A stretch of 64,000 nt of DNA, taken from positions 62,001-126,000 of the forward strand of contig NIVC01001451.1 in NCBI GenBank assembly GCA_002269645.1, given 5' to 3'. A model generated the notes under the pieces. That model saw only the letters and a program-made list of their open reading frames with translations, did not search any database and had not been told where the DNA came from. Position 1 is the stretch's first letter; every line of letters starts with the position of its first letter. Made by a program: the position numbers and the translations under genes. Shown piece after piece: positions 12,433-24,687 of this stretch. The DNA is from Macrostomum lignano (taxonomy: Eukaryota).

Positions 12433-13331
12433 TTAGACTTGAGGAGGGCAATAAAACTGGGCGGTGGCGGCGGCCTGGAGGTAGAGATTTTAGAGACGCG
12501 GTTAGACGCGGTTGGAGGGTTTCAGACTTTCAGCTAGGGGGGGGGGTGGTTAAGATGGCCGGCCAATAAACTAGTCTTAATTCTAAAATACAATAAAAAC
12601 GTTTCGATTTCGCTTTCTACTGAACTAAAAGTAGCTTACACGCAAAATGTAACAAAAAATGACCAAGTCAGAACGGCAAGCGAATGATAAATAGTTAAGT
12701 ACGAACAAACTAAAGTGGGACGATATTTTTCAATTGAATTTAATGCACAGTTTCTATATATATCAAGGTATCATTGTTTCCAAGCGCACGAGCTATCTAA
12801 GGTACTGTAGTATCGCTATTACCGTCTTATGAGACGCGGTACAAAAAACGGAGTTTAACTAAAAAAAGTTGAAAAGACGGTTGGGCCAACCGTTGGCTGG
12901 TTCGATTTAATCTAAATCGAGTTTCTTTTCCAAACGTTTCAAACGGATATTGGGTGTAAAGTGGCGTTGTAAAAACCGTAATCCTACTACTGAAAAATGA
13001 TTTGAATGAAGCTGCTTCACAGGGAGACTACTTGTAGTTATCAAGGGTACTAAGAACGATGCTACGCTATTAAAACAAACGATTTATTTTAGGTAAATCA
13101 GCTACAATAATCTACAATACACAAGAGCAATTATCATGTATAGCTTCTCTTTTTTCAAAAAAGCACGTCCGAAAAAGTGCACGCTCCAGTAATTGCTGAT
13201 GGCAAGAAGTGATATACGAGCGTAGAGAAACAACACAGAACAGCTATAGTAGGGGCTAAAGCTACATACATTCTTACTCAACACACTTTTGCAAACTGTG
13301 TTGGCGACTACACTACAAACTTCTGAGATTG

Positions 13332-13337
13332 TTTATT
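13332..13337 (-). terminator. Probable MUT polyadenylation signal AATAAA
   Basis: Lies about 110 nt after the stop codon. Duplicated at 8676-8681 and 11005-11010. Confidence 0.55.
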
Positions 13338-13446
13338 TAATGACAGACAGGGGGGGGCATATTTGAACAAAAACAAATCTCTAAAAATCGATAGACCAAG
13401 CAACAACACAAACATCTGTGGTTTTTGCCGCTAATAATGATGGCTG

Positions 13447-16400
13447 TTAATGAGCCGGTTTCTGGCGATTTTTGACGGCGGTGAGGACCTTGTCGGCCGC
13501 CTCCGGGATCCGCGTGCCCGGCCCGAACACCTCGGCAACGCCGCTCTGCTTCAGAAAGTCGTAGTCCTGCGGCGGAATGACACCGCCGGCGATAACGACA
13601 ATGTCAGAGCGGCCCTGCTCGCGCAGCAGCTTGATTAGCTCAGGGATGAGGGTCTTGTGCCCGGCGGCCAGGCTGCTCACACCGATGGCGTGAACGTCCG
13701 CGTCAACGGCCTGTTGGACGGCCTCAGCCGGGGTGGAGAACAGCGGGCCGACGTCCACGTCCCAGCCCAAATCGGCGAACCCGGTGGCGATCACCTGTAG
13801 AAGTCGATAGATGGAAAATAAAACCAGAGCCGAGTCAGGATACCGTTGCATTATTTGACTGACAGCAGTTTGACTGACAGCATTTTGACTGACAGCAATT
13901 TGACTGACAGCAATTTGACTGACAGCATTTTGAACTGACAGCAATTTGACTGACAGCATTTTGACTGACAGCATTTTGAACTGACAGCATTTTGACTGAC
14001 AGCATTTTGGGCTAGGATTAATCATCATTATTAACAGCACTGCCCAACTCACCTTGCCGCCCCTGTCGTGCCCGTCCTGGCCCAGTTTGGCCACCAGAAT
14101 GCGCGGCTGGCGACCCTCGGCGGTGGCGAACTCCCTAACCCTGGCCATGATGCTGTCCAGCGCCTCGTTTTTGCCCATCTCGGACAGGTAGGCGCCGGAC
14201 ACTAGCCGGTCGTGGGCAACGTGCCGGCCGAACACGATCTCCATGGCGTCCGTGATCTCGCCGATGGTGGCCCGCTGTCTGGCAGCCTCGATGGTCAGGG
14301 CGAGAAGATTGGCGCCCTCCGATCGGCAGCCTTCGGTGATGTCGGCCAGGGCCTGATATTAGCCGTAATAATTATTAGTCATTTCCAGGAAACCAAAATC
14401 CAATTAAAATATTTCAAGGAAGCAGAAATCATTTTAACATTTGAAGGAAACGAAAAATATCCTTATTTTTTTCCAAGAAAACAGCAATCGATCGAAAATC
14501 ATTTCCGAAAAATCGCAATAACTAAAGCACATTTCTAGGAAATTGAATCGAAATTATTTAAACAAATTTCAAAACAATGTTTTCAACAAAGTGGCGAAGA
14601 GAACAAAGAACGACTCTATGAAAGTACCGATCCGAGAAAATGAGCAAAGCGTAATTTTTTAGCTCAAATTACCTTCTCAACGCCGGCCTTGTTGCGCTTG
14701 GATCGGGTTTGCTGCACCCGAGCCTTCTGCGCCTCCAGCACCATCGTGTTGTCAATGACCAGCACATCAACCTTCTCTTTCTCTGCCTGGTCCGGCGGCA
14801 GACGGTACTTGTTGACCCCGACTATCACCTCGTTACCGCTGTCTATGCGGGCCTGAGGGGTGAGAACCGGGATTGTAGAGTCTGAGAGGCTGGCCCAGCA
14901 ACTGGGGATCTGGGAGGCTGGCCCAGCAACTGGGGATCTGGGAGGCCAGCCTCTCAGACTCTCGGTTACTGGGCCAGCCTCCCAGATCCCCAGTTGCGTT
15001 CTTGCAGGAGCCTGGGGATCTGGGAGGCTGGCCCAGTAACCGAGAGTCTGAGAGGCTGGCCCAGCAACTGGGGATCTGGGAGGCTGGCCCAGTAACTGGG
15101 GATCTGGGAGGCTGGCCCAGTAACTGGGGATCTGGGAGGCTGGCCCAGTAACTGGGGATCTGGGAGACTGGCCCAGCAACCGAGAGTCTGAGAGGCTGGC
15201 ACAGCAACTGGGGATCTGGGAGGCTGGCCCAGTAACCGAGAGTCTGAGAGGCTGGCCCAGAAACTGGGGATCTGGGAGGCTGGCCTAGCAACTGGGGATC
15301 TGGGAGGCTGGCCCAGTAACTGGGGATCTGGGAGGCTTGCCAAGCAACCGAGAGTCTGAGAGGCTGGCCCAGAAACTGGGGATCTGGGAGGCTGGCCCAG
15401 TAACCGAGAGTCTGAGAGGCTGGCCCAGAAACTGGGGATCTGGGAGGCTGGCCCAGTAACTGGGGATCTGGGAGGCTGGCCCAGCAACTGGGGATCTGGG
15501 AGGCAGGCGTTGGCCCAGTAACGGAGGATCTGGGGCGGGGTGTGGCGGTTGGGAGGTTGCTGATGGCTCAGTGGATGGATGCTGTTGGCATAGAGTAGAC
15601 CAGGTACCCGAGGCTGTATACCTGCTTCTTAGCGGCAGCCTCCTCAATCTTGAGCTTCGGAATGCCGTCGGCAACGGCCTTGGCCATGCCGCCGTGGGAC
15701 TCAATTTCCTGAATGAGCTTGAGCGCCTTGTCGTAGATCTCGTCAGTGAGAGCCTCCATCATGTAGGAGCCGCCCCAGGGATCGATGACGCGGGGGATGC
15801 CGGTCTCCTCCTGCAGAATGATTTGCGTGTTGCGGGCGATTCGAGCAGAAAACTGAGTCGGCAGGCCCAGAGCTTCGTCGAATGAGTTCGTGTGCAACGA
15901 CTGGGTGCCGCCGAACACTGAGGCCATGGCTTCCACCTGGAGACAAGATGGAAAAAATGAAGAACAAGCCATAAAATGCGAAACTTCCTTTTAGAAATCT
16001 CCATATCCATATCGTCAACGAGCACAAGCTCTTCTTCCAGAAGTCTTTATACAACCGCTCTGTCGAAAAAATGACGTCATCAGATACTATTAATAGAACC
16101 ACAGAAGCGGCCACTCACCGCAGTACGAATAATATTATTATAAGGATCCTGTTCAGTTAGCGACCAGCCGGAGGTCTGCGAGTGGCACCTCAACAGCAGC
16201 GACTTTTCCGACTTGGGCTTGAAATTCTCCTTGATCAAAATGGCCCACAGGCGCCTGGCCGCCCGCAACTTAGCAATCTCCATGTAGAAATTCATTCCGA
16301 TGCCCCAGAAGAAGCTCAGCCTGGGCGCGAACTCGTCAATAGTGAGGCCGGCCTTGATGCCAGCGCGGCAGTACTCCAGGCCATCGGCGATGGTGAAGGC

Positions 16401-18440
16401 CAGCTCTTGGATTGCGTCGGCTCCGGCCTCCTGCAGGTGACATTCGGAGGGAAAGGCATATTGCATCTAGGCCTGTCAATCAACCATTGTTTCTTTTTAC
16501 CTGTTACCGTGTGTCTTTGTATCTGTCACCGTGTGTCTTTGTATCTGTCACCGTGTGTCTTTGTATCTGTCACCGTGTGTCTTTGTACCTGTTACCGTGT
16601 GTCTTTGTATCTGTCACCGTGTGTCTTTGTACCTGTTACCGTGTGTCTTTGTATCTGTCACCGTGTGTCTTTGTATCTGTCACCGTGTGTCTTTGTATCT
16701 GTCACCGTGTGTCTTTGTATCTGTCACCGTGTGTCTTTGTATCTGTCACCGTGTGTCTTTGTATCTGTCACCGTGTGTCTTTGTATCTGTCACCGTGTGT
16801 CTTTGTATCTGTTACCATATATCTTTGTATCAGTCTCCGTGTGTCTGTATCTGGTACTGTGTGATGCAGCAAACAGCCCTACCTGCATGTGATAGCCAGA
16901 TATGCTAATACAGTTGAACTTGGGCATATTCTTAGAGCAATAGCTGAATATGTCGGCAATGATGCGCATGCTGGGCTCAGGCGGAAAAATGTAAGTGTTG
17001 CGGACCATAAACTCCTTCAGGATGTCGTTTTGGATGGTGCCGGCCAGCTCCTCTTGATTGGCGCCCTGCAGGTTCAGATATTTACAATCCTTTAATAGAG
17101 CACTCTCACTCACAGAATCAGATAGTTCACTCACAGAATCAGATAGTTCACTCACAGAATCAGATAGTTCACTCACAGAATCAGATAGTTCACTCAAGAA
17201 TCAGATAGTTCACTCACAGAATCAGATAGTTCACTCAAGAATCAGATAGTTCACTCACAGAATCAGATAGTTCACTCACAGAATCAGATAGTTCACTCAC
17301 AGAATCAGATAGTTCACTCAAGAATCAGATAGTTCACTCACAGAATCAGATAGTTCACTCACAGAATCAGATAGTTCACTCACAGAATCAGATAGTTCAC
17401 TCACAGAATCAGATAGTTCACTCACAGAATCAGATAGTTCACTCACAGAATCAGATAGTTCACTCACAGAATCAGATAGTTCACTCACAGAATCAGATAG
17501 TTCACTCACAGAATCAGATAGTTCACTCACAGAATCAGATAGTTCACTCACAGAATCAGATAGTTCACTCACAGAATCAGATAGTTCACTCACAGAATCA
17601 GATTATTCATTTGTCACAGAATCAGATCACTCATGAGTCACAGAACCAGATGACTCATGAGTCACAGAATCAGATGACTCATAAGTCACAGAACCAGATG
17701 ACTCATGAGTCACAGAGCCAGATGACTCATGAGTCACAGAACCAGATTACTCATAAGTCACAGAATCAGGTTACTCATGAGTCACCGAATCAGATTACTC
17801 ATGAGTCACCGAATCAGATGACTAATCTCTGACTCACCTGCTCCTCAGCAGCCACAATATAGAAGGCCAGCACGGGCAGCACAGCTCCATTCATAGTCAT
17901 AGAGGTGGATATCTTATTCAGTGGGATAGAGTCAAAAAGGATTTTCATATCCTCCACGGTGTCGATGGCCACACCGGCCATGCCGACGTCGCCTTTCACC
18001 CTGGGGTTGTCGCTGTCGTAGCCACGGTGAGTGGCCAAGTCGAAGGCCACGCTGAGGCCCTGCTGTCCTGCGGCGATGTTGGCCTTATAGAATTTATTGC
18101 TCTCCTCAACTGTGCTGAAACCCGCGTACTGGCGAATTGTCCAGGGCTTCTGGGCGTACATTGTGGGATAGGGACCCCTAGTGTACGGGAACTTGCCGGA
18201 CACTTCCCTGTCAACTTTGGCCGCGTCATCTTTTGTATAGATCGGCCGGATAACAACGCCCTCGGCTGTGCGCCAGTTCAACTTGGTCGGATCCTGGCCT
18301 TTCAGTTGTTTTTTAGCTAGGGCAGCCCAGTCTTCGGGCAGTTGGCCACCAGATGCAGCGGCTTTGCACAGGTGACGATTGGACTGACCAATGGCGGCGC
18401 GGAAGCCGGCAACGGTGCGAGAGGCGGCTAGAAGGCGCAT
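13447..18440 (-). CDS. MMUT: Methylmalonyl-CoA mutase, mitochondrial, about 746 aa, 7 exons
   Basis: Exons 18440-17838, 17065-16883, 16430-16119, 15936-15622, 14852-14673, 14352-14053, 13794-13447. All are GT-AG and in frame. Motifs: [49 protein letters not shown], the B12-binding GQDGHDRG, and GGVIPPQDY. Arg/Ala-rich mitochondrial-type N-terminus. Confidence 0.97.
13850..14010. repeat. 15 bp minisatellite (TTTGACTGACAGCAW)n in MUT intron 6
   Basis: About 10 copies. Confidence 0.9.
14880..15520. repeat. 28 bp minisatellite (CTGGCCCAGYAACTGGGGATCTGGGAGG)n in MUT intron 4
   Basis: More than 20 copies, with a second variant containing CCGAGAGTCTGAGAGG. Confidence 0.92.
16495..16830. repeat. 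22 bp minisatellite (TGTCACCGTGTGTCTTTGTATC)n in MUT intron 2
   Basis: About 15 copies. Confidence 0.93.
17100..17830. repeat. 21 bp (CACTCACAGAATCAGATAGTT)n followed by a related 24 bp array in MUT intron 1
   Basis: The two arrays fill essentially the whole intron. Confidence 0.93.
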
Positions 18441-21400
18441 TTTTTGTGCGCTTGTGTAGATGGCATGCAATAATGGCAGTATTTTTGTTGGGTAAAAGGC
18501 GAGAGTAACTATGCCTCTATTAAAAACGAAACATGCCTCGCCACCTATTTAGTTTTAACTTTATTGACCAATTCTGAATTTTACCTACGAGTAGCTAGTG
18601 CAGCAGTTTTCCACGAAAATATACGGTTGTTATGTGAAGAGCCTTTTTGCAATACAGCTGTGCTCAATATGCAATTTGAATATTTCCCTCTTTGGCTTCA
18701 AATAATTAGTGCTCTTCTCTTTTGGTCATCAGCTTTTGTTTTTTTCTCTCTTAGATGCCAAACTAAGTTTTACTTTTTGTTTTAATGCTCAAAATATATT
18801 GAGACATTCTTTTTTTTTTAAAATATGCATATTAAATTACTATATATATATCTATATATATAGATGAACTTCCTCACAAATAAACTAACCTCTTCTAACT
18901 CAATTGGACTTTTATTCTAGCTTTCCAATTTTCTAACATTTTGGACAATGCTTGCCTATATAGTTAATATTATAGTAATACTCTAGTAATATTTATATAT
19001 TAGCAGAGTCCTTATGAGTACTTGACCTTATTTTTCAAACACTCAATTTTTAACATTAAAATTAAGAAATTTCTACAAAATATAAAGTAATTAAGTTACT
19101 TAGTAAATATGAAGATCAAATAGCATGCTTGATAACAACTTTTTAAGTGTTATAGTATTTATAGAAAAGTTAAAATTTTCTATCCAAAATATATATTAAA
19201 TTTCTCAATAGCATTAAAAGTTGCTACCTTTGACAATGTGCAATAAATTCTTGCAGTATTGACTTTTGAGTGACATAGCTTGCACTATGCAATTTGGAGT
19301 TAGGTTAGGTAAAAAGGGATTGAAAAAAGTTGAAGGTGAAGATTGGATAGATTGAAGCTTCTACCTACTTTTCATTGTTTTTTCAAGTATTTTTAATATC
19401 AAAATGGTTAGTATAGTTAGATGCCACACTCAAACCTGTTACATGGTACACCAAAGAAATGACTCCCTATATCATAAATTCAAATTTATGCCAGAAAAAA
19501 AATTAACTTGTGATCTTTATGTTGGAAATTATCAAAAGTATTGCAACAATAAACAATACAAGACCCTTTCCTGGATTATAACATTTTGGTCTTTTGTATA
19601 TTAATAGCTATGCTATATGCAGCTCTGTGGCACAATTTTCCAGTAGATTATTCCATTACCAGATATTTTACACTTTATACTTATAGTTTAATGATAGATA
19701 GCCTAAAACAATAGAGATGGAATCAGGATAAACATTTATAACATTTAATATAAATTAAAACAACTTAATAACCTAATAGGCCAAATAATAATTGGTTTCA
19801 ATTAGAATTAGAAATTTGAAAATCTAAATACTAGACTAGCTAAATAGTTGCTTTGATATAGGAATGACAATTTGGAACAAGTCAAAAGTTAAATATTATA
19901 TTGGTATAGATATTGTGGATCATGATTGACATAAATGAAGGGATAGAATTAGGCCAGGGGACAATTATTTTCTAATTAATATTGCAACCAAAAAATTATT
20001 AAGGAAATTGATTTTTTAGAGTAATAAATACCTAGAAGAGAAAAGTAAAGAAAGAGGGGAAAAGATAACTTGGCCTTGTATTTTGGCAAAAAATTGCTTG
20101 GTTCCCCTTTGAGTTTTTTGGTTTTTGCCTCTTGCCCCTAGTATTTGCTCCCCTACTCCTATCCCCTGGTTGCACCATTGGCTTTAAATCTGATAACTGA
20201 TGCTTGAAGATAGGCAGAGATTAATTAATAAAGGCATAAAAAATTGACCATTTGAGAAGGCTTTTGAGAAGGCTTCAAAAAAGAATTCTGGTTACTTTGG
20301 TAATAGTTTAGTGACAGTCACATTGGTAATATCTATTTCAGTGATAGGTTAATTTAATAACAAATATATATGTATGTATGCATAAAGCATTCATTTCACT
20401 GTCTATAATTATCTATGCATATTATTTTAAAGGTGATTAAAAATGCATATAAATTTTCATGTAGTCAAGAACATTCTTAAATATATGCATCTCAAAGTGG
20501 AATTCACAAAAGATTTCATTGCATCTATTGTATGAATCAAACGCCAATTGCAATTATATATGCAATTACATGTAAGCTGCATATGCATTGAATATAACTT
20601 AATGATCAAATCTCAATTAACAAATTTGAAATATACATAAAATTAAACCTTAAAAATCAAAACTCAGTTAATAAACTAAAAAAAGACAAATAGTTAATAC
20701 ATAATAATAGGCCTATAGGCCTATAAAGCAAATAGTTAAAATCTGGAAAATAAACATGGAGAAAAGTAAAAAAATAAACAATAGGCTATTTATCATTTAT
20801 AGGACTACATATAGCAAAGCAAAGGGTATTTCAAAAAGAATAATAAATTAATAAATTAATAAAAATTCTCTATTAATTATCATTGTCTACTAATTCATCA
20901 TAAAAATAAATCAGACTAGTAAATAATAGATAGGCCCCCCTAGCCCTAGGCCCCTACACATTTGGCCCTAAAGCCCAAAGTAGGCCTATAGCCTAACCTG
21001 TCACCAAAATGGAAATTACCAAAGTGACTATCATTGAAATAGGCCTAACTAGTTCCCTTATAAATAATAGAAGACTATTGAAGGAATTAAGGGTAGGTAG
21101 GGTTGGAATTCGATCTGTCAATCACAATCAGTAGACCTAGACCTAGCAAACCGCTTAGGCCTATATAGGTAGGGCTATCTGAACAAAAGTAAATGAAAAG
21201 AAAAAAACTTGTTTAAAAGAAACTTCGGCATTCCCCTGTACTGAAGCTCAAGTTCAACATGAACAATAGAACTAGTGCAATAGACCTTTCTTTGACCAAA
21301 TTACAATGAAATGTCAAAGTCAGAGTCAAACGAAAGAGAAATAACTAATAAATAATGAAAAAAAAAACATTTTATAAATCGAAGCAATTCTAAATTGTCA

Positions 21401-22087
21401 TGTAAAACTTTGCGAGTCGAAATCGTGCTCCTAATACTAGTAGAATATCTGTTCCCAGATAACACCACTCATCTCATGCCAAGCAAGTAGTAGTAGTAAG
21501 AGAATTTGGCTCAGGCAATTAGCCTGTTTGGCCAATATATTATAGAGCTATGTATTTGGAATTTTCGAATATAGAAGTTTATAAAGACGATTTGACGACG
21601 ATTTGCTGAGTTATTGTAAAAGATAAAGTATTTGAAAGCGCGCCAGAATTTTTACGGTATTTTTAGACGAAAAGTGACGACTAACAACTAACGAGTATAA
21701 ATATTAATACAAAAATGAGTACAAATTACGAGGTATAGCTTTAATTGCGAGATTACTTTGGTAAGCAAAAGTTCGTCATGTGTAAATTTAAAACAACGAA
21801 CTTATTGCTTTTAAATGTACGCTTATTTGTTTATTAGAAAATTAAAACATCGTATTAATTTTCTTTAAATAATAACTAATAAGTAATTTAAAGCATCCTG
21901 GAAAGTATTTGGAAAAACTCTTATCATAATACTGACCAATTATTTGTTTTAACTACTGACTGTTAAAAAAGAGTTCTTGAGGTATGTGTCTATGTAGAAT
22001 ATTTTCCTAACACAGAAAAACTGTGTTTTCGTATCTGATAAGTATTGCTTTATTGAATTGTTCAAATTATAGTTAGGGAGATACGCA

Positions 22088-23120
22088 CAAGGACTTCTAG
22101 ACTAACAGGACGTAAAACTCAAAGATCGTGCAATTTTTTGGAGGCCACGATTTCCTGGAAAAATACACTGCGAAGATAGGAAAAAATATGTTTTTCGTCA
22201 CAAAATCTGTGATTGTATTTGATCTGGGGCAGTGAAGACTACCATTCTTTTAATTTACCATGAACAACATGTTACTCTATTATATTTTCATATAGCTATG
22301 TAATGAAGTTTTAATTTTCATATTGTTTTCACTTTATTTCATAAGCCCAAAGTTGCAAACTCACAAGTGGCATTAGACCTAGCCAAATATCAAATTCAAG
22401 AAAAGAAAAGCTATTCAAATTTGTAATATAATAATCTTTTTAGCCTTTAAAATAAAAATTATAAAAGGACTAATCAATGTTTTTTCTTATAGATACCTAG
22501 TAAAAATGGTTAGGGCCTATTTTTGTGATTAAGTCTATTCTTCTTAAATCTTAGTCTTAAATATAGGCTTGGCTTAAAAACTGATAATACAGCTTTCTCA
22601 AGCCTAGGTAACCAACCATATGAAACTATGTATTGGTAATCTATATATAATAAAAAATCATTGTCTAAATTTAATTACTTATTAGGCTAGATAGTGTAGT
22701 GATAGGTCTAGTTCTAGTAGGCCTAGGAATTAGTATAGTTACTAAACCTACAATAATAGCTTAAGACTAAGAGTACCTACTTGCAATGTTTTTATACTTT
22801 ATTTTAAAAAGAACAACACAAAAAGTTTGGCTAATGCCACTTGTGAGTTTGCAACTTTGGGCTTATGAAATAAAGTGAAAACAATATGAAAATGAAAACT
22901 TCACTACACAGCTATATGAAAATATAATAGAGTAACATGTTGTGCATGTTAAATTAAAAGAATGGTAGTCTTCACTGCCCCAGATCAAATACAATCACAG
23001 ATTTTGTGACGAAAAACATATTTTTTCCTATCTTCGCAGTGTATTTTTTCCAGGAAATCGTGGCCTCCAAAAAATTGCACGATCTTTGAGTATTACGTCC
23101 TGTTAGTCTAGAAGTCCTTG
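22088..23120. mobile_element. MITE with about 290-bp terminal inverted repeats and 8-bp TSD (hAT or P superfamily)
   Basis: TIRs 22088-22376 and 22831-23120 begin CAAGGACTTCTAGAC. Perfect TSD GATACGCA at 22080-22087 and 23121-23128. Confidence 0.92.
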
Positions 23121-23809
23121 GATACGCATCTTTCAAAAGGTTTTAGAAAGTTTCGTTTGGAAGTTTGGAAGTGTGTAACAATTATATGTGCTCAGGAGTC
23201 AGAGGAATGGGCGAATTACCCCAGCGCTGAGGTTGGGGAACGATGTCGCCGAATAACTTCTACCAAAACACAATGACGAGTCAAAACGGTCATTATTACA
23301 CCATTCATAGACTCCACCGCCAGATTCTTCTAATTGATAAGATCGAGCTACGGCTTTGCATGATTTTATTAAAAAATACTAATAATATATGATGAGTATA
23401 AGTTATATGGACTCGTACGTCCATTATCTTTTCTGATTGTCAATTCCATCAACTGTCTATTGGCCTCGGCCAATCAACGCAGTCCTCAGTCTTGTAATGT
23501 GGGCCAGATAAATCAGTCCATGGGGGTGATACCTTATACGTACATGTTACATCGATCATATGGGTAGGCTGCCTGGGTTGAAACGCGATTGAAACGCTCT
23601 ACATTTGTCCGCCGTCACTGTCTATGGTTGAAGCATATTTCAATTATATTCAATTCATCACTTATAGCCACTGTATATTTCACTGCCAACAAACACAAGA
23701 CCAAACACAACAGGAATGAAACACGAAGTAAACGAAATAATTCAGTAAATAACGCTTGGAAGCTCAAAATGATATGTGGCTGGAGAGTTCATCAATAGTT
23801 ACCTCAATA

Positions 23810-24082
23810 GTTTTTTGAATCTCAATACCAGATATTTTTTGAAGCGCTTCACATGGAGAGCGGTTTGATCCGTGGTCGATTTGCGTTTGGCAGCCTCTTC
23901 GACGTCTTGCACACAGCAGCTTCCTCTTCTTCCGTCAGTTCCCGCAGAAGCTCGGCATTATTCAGAATGCTTGGATTGGACAATTCTGCGTCAATCAACT
24001 CCTGCTGTCTTACGGTCAGACCGGTCCACTGACTAACTTCTTCACCAGGATCACGATGTCCAAGTTGCTGCAGAAACTCATC
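23810..24082 (-). pseudogene. Frameshifted coding remnant, possibly the N-terminus of a Crypton/DUF3504-like protein
   Basis: Reads DEFLQQLGHRD...LRELTEEEEAAV, then a frameshift near 23910, then QDVEEAAKRKSTTDQTALHVKRFKKYL. The family assignment is pattern resemblance only. Confidence 0.3.
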
Positions 24083-24687
24083 TCATTCATTTCTAAACCG
24101 CTATCTTCCTCTAGTATTGATTCCCAGTGAAACATGGCTAATTCCGAACCTTAAAGCTGTTTAAATCTTATTTTCTCTCCCACCCACCAAGAGAAGAATG
24201 CTTCAAACTCTATTTGGGTTTCAACCATAGACAGTCTCCGCGGACTGCGAAACCGCCACGAAGCATATAGCTAAAGGCTAAAGCTTTTTCAACCATAGAC
24301 AGTTTCTGTGGACGTGAAACCGCGTTGTGCGTCCGCGCTTCAGCCTACCCATAACACTAATATGGACTGGCTGTTCGAACTGAAACGCCGAGAAACGTCC
24401 TCAACAGCCAGTCTATATTAATATATTTCCATTCCATTTTGCTAATTATAGAACTCCTTGGCCTGGCCATCGACTACAGAAACGTATTTATTCAGAGGTT
24501 TAGCTCGTATTGCGCCAGACTGTGAATTTGAAGGTAAATTCGATTAAAAAGCTGAGAAAAAACTTCAGATTATCATTGTTTTAAACAAGTTTTTATTTTA
24601 AAACTAATCAGAGAATTTGGTTTTTGACGTCACAGCAACAGAGGGACTATTATACTGTCAGAATAGTCAGCTATTTGATTAAAAGAA

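Larger units (their letters stand above)
7772..13707. repeat. Tandem segmental triplication, unit about 2.33 kb
   Basis: Units 7772-10103 and 10104-12432, plus 12433-13707 and 2724-3787. Identical ORFs recur at 8791, 11120 and 13447. The differences I noticed are homopolymer lengths and the (GATTA)n tract. Confidence 0.95.

Noticed and set aside
13447-18440. Bacterial contamination or recent horizontal transfer of the mutase
   Set aside because: The gene has six spliceosomal introns and a mitochondrial-type presequence, and closely follows animal MUT motifs.
19700-20050. Possible degraded reverse-transcriptase remnant
   Set aside because: Only a vague resemblance, with many stops. Not supportable without a search.
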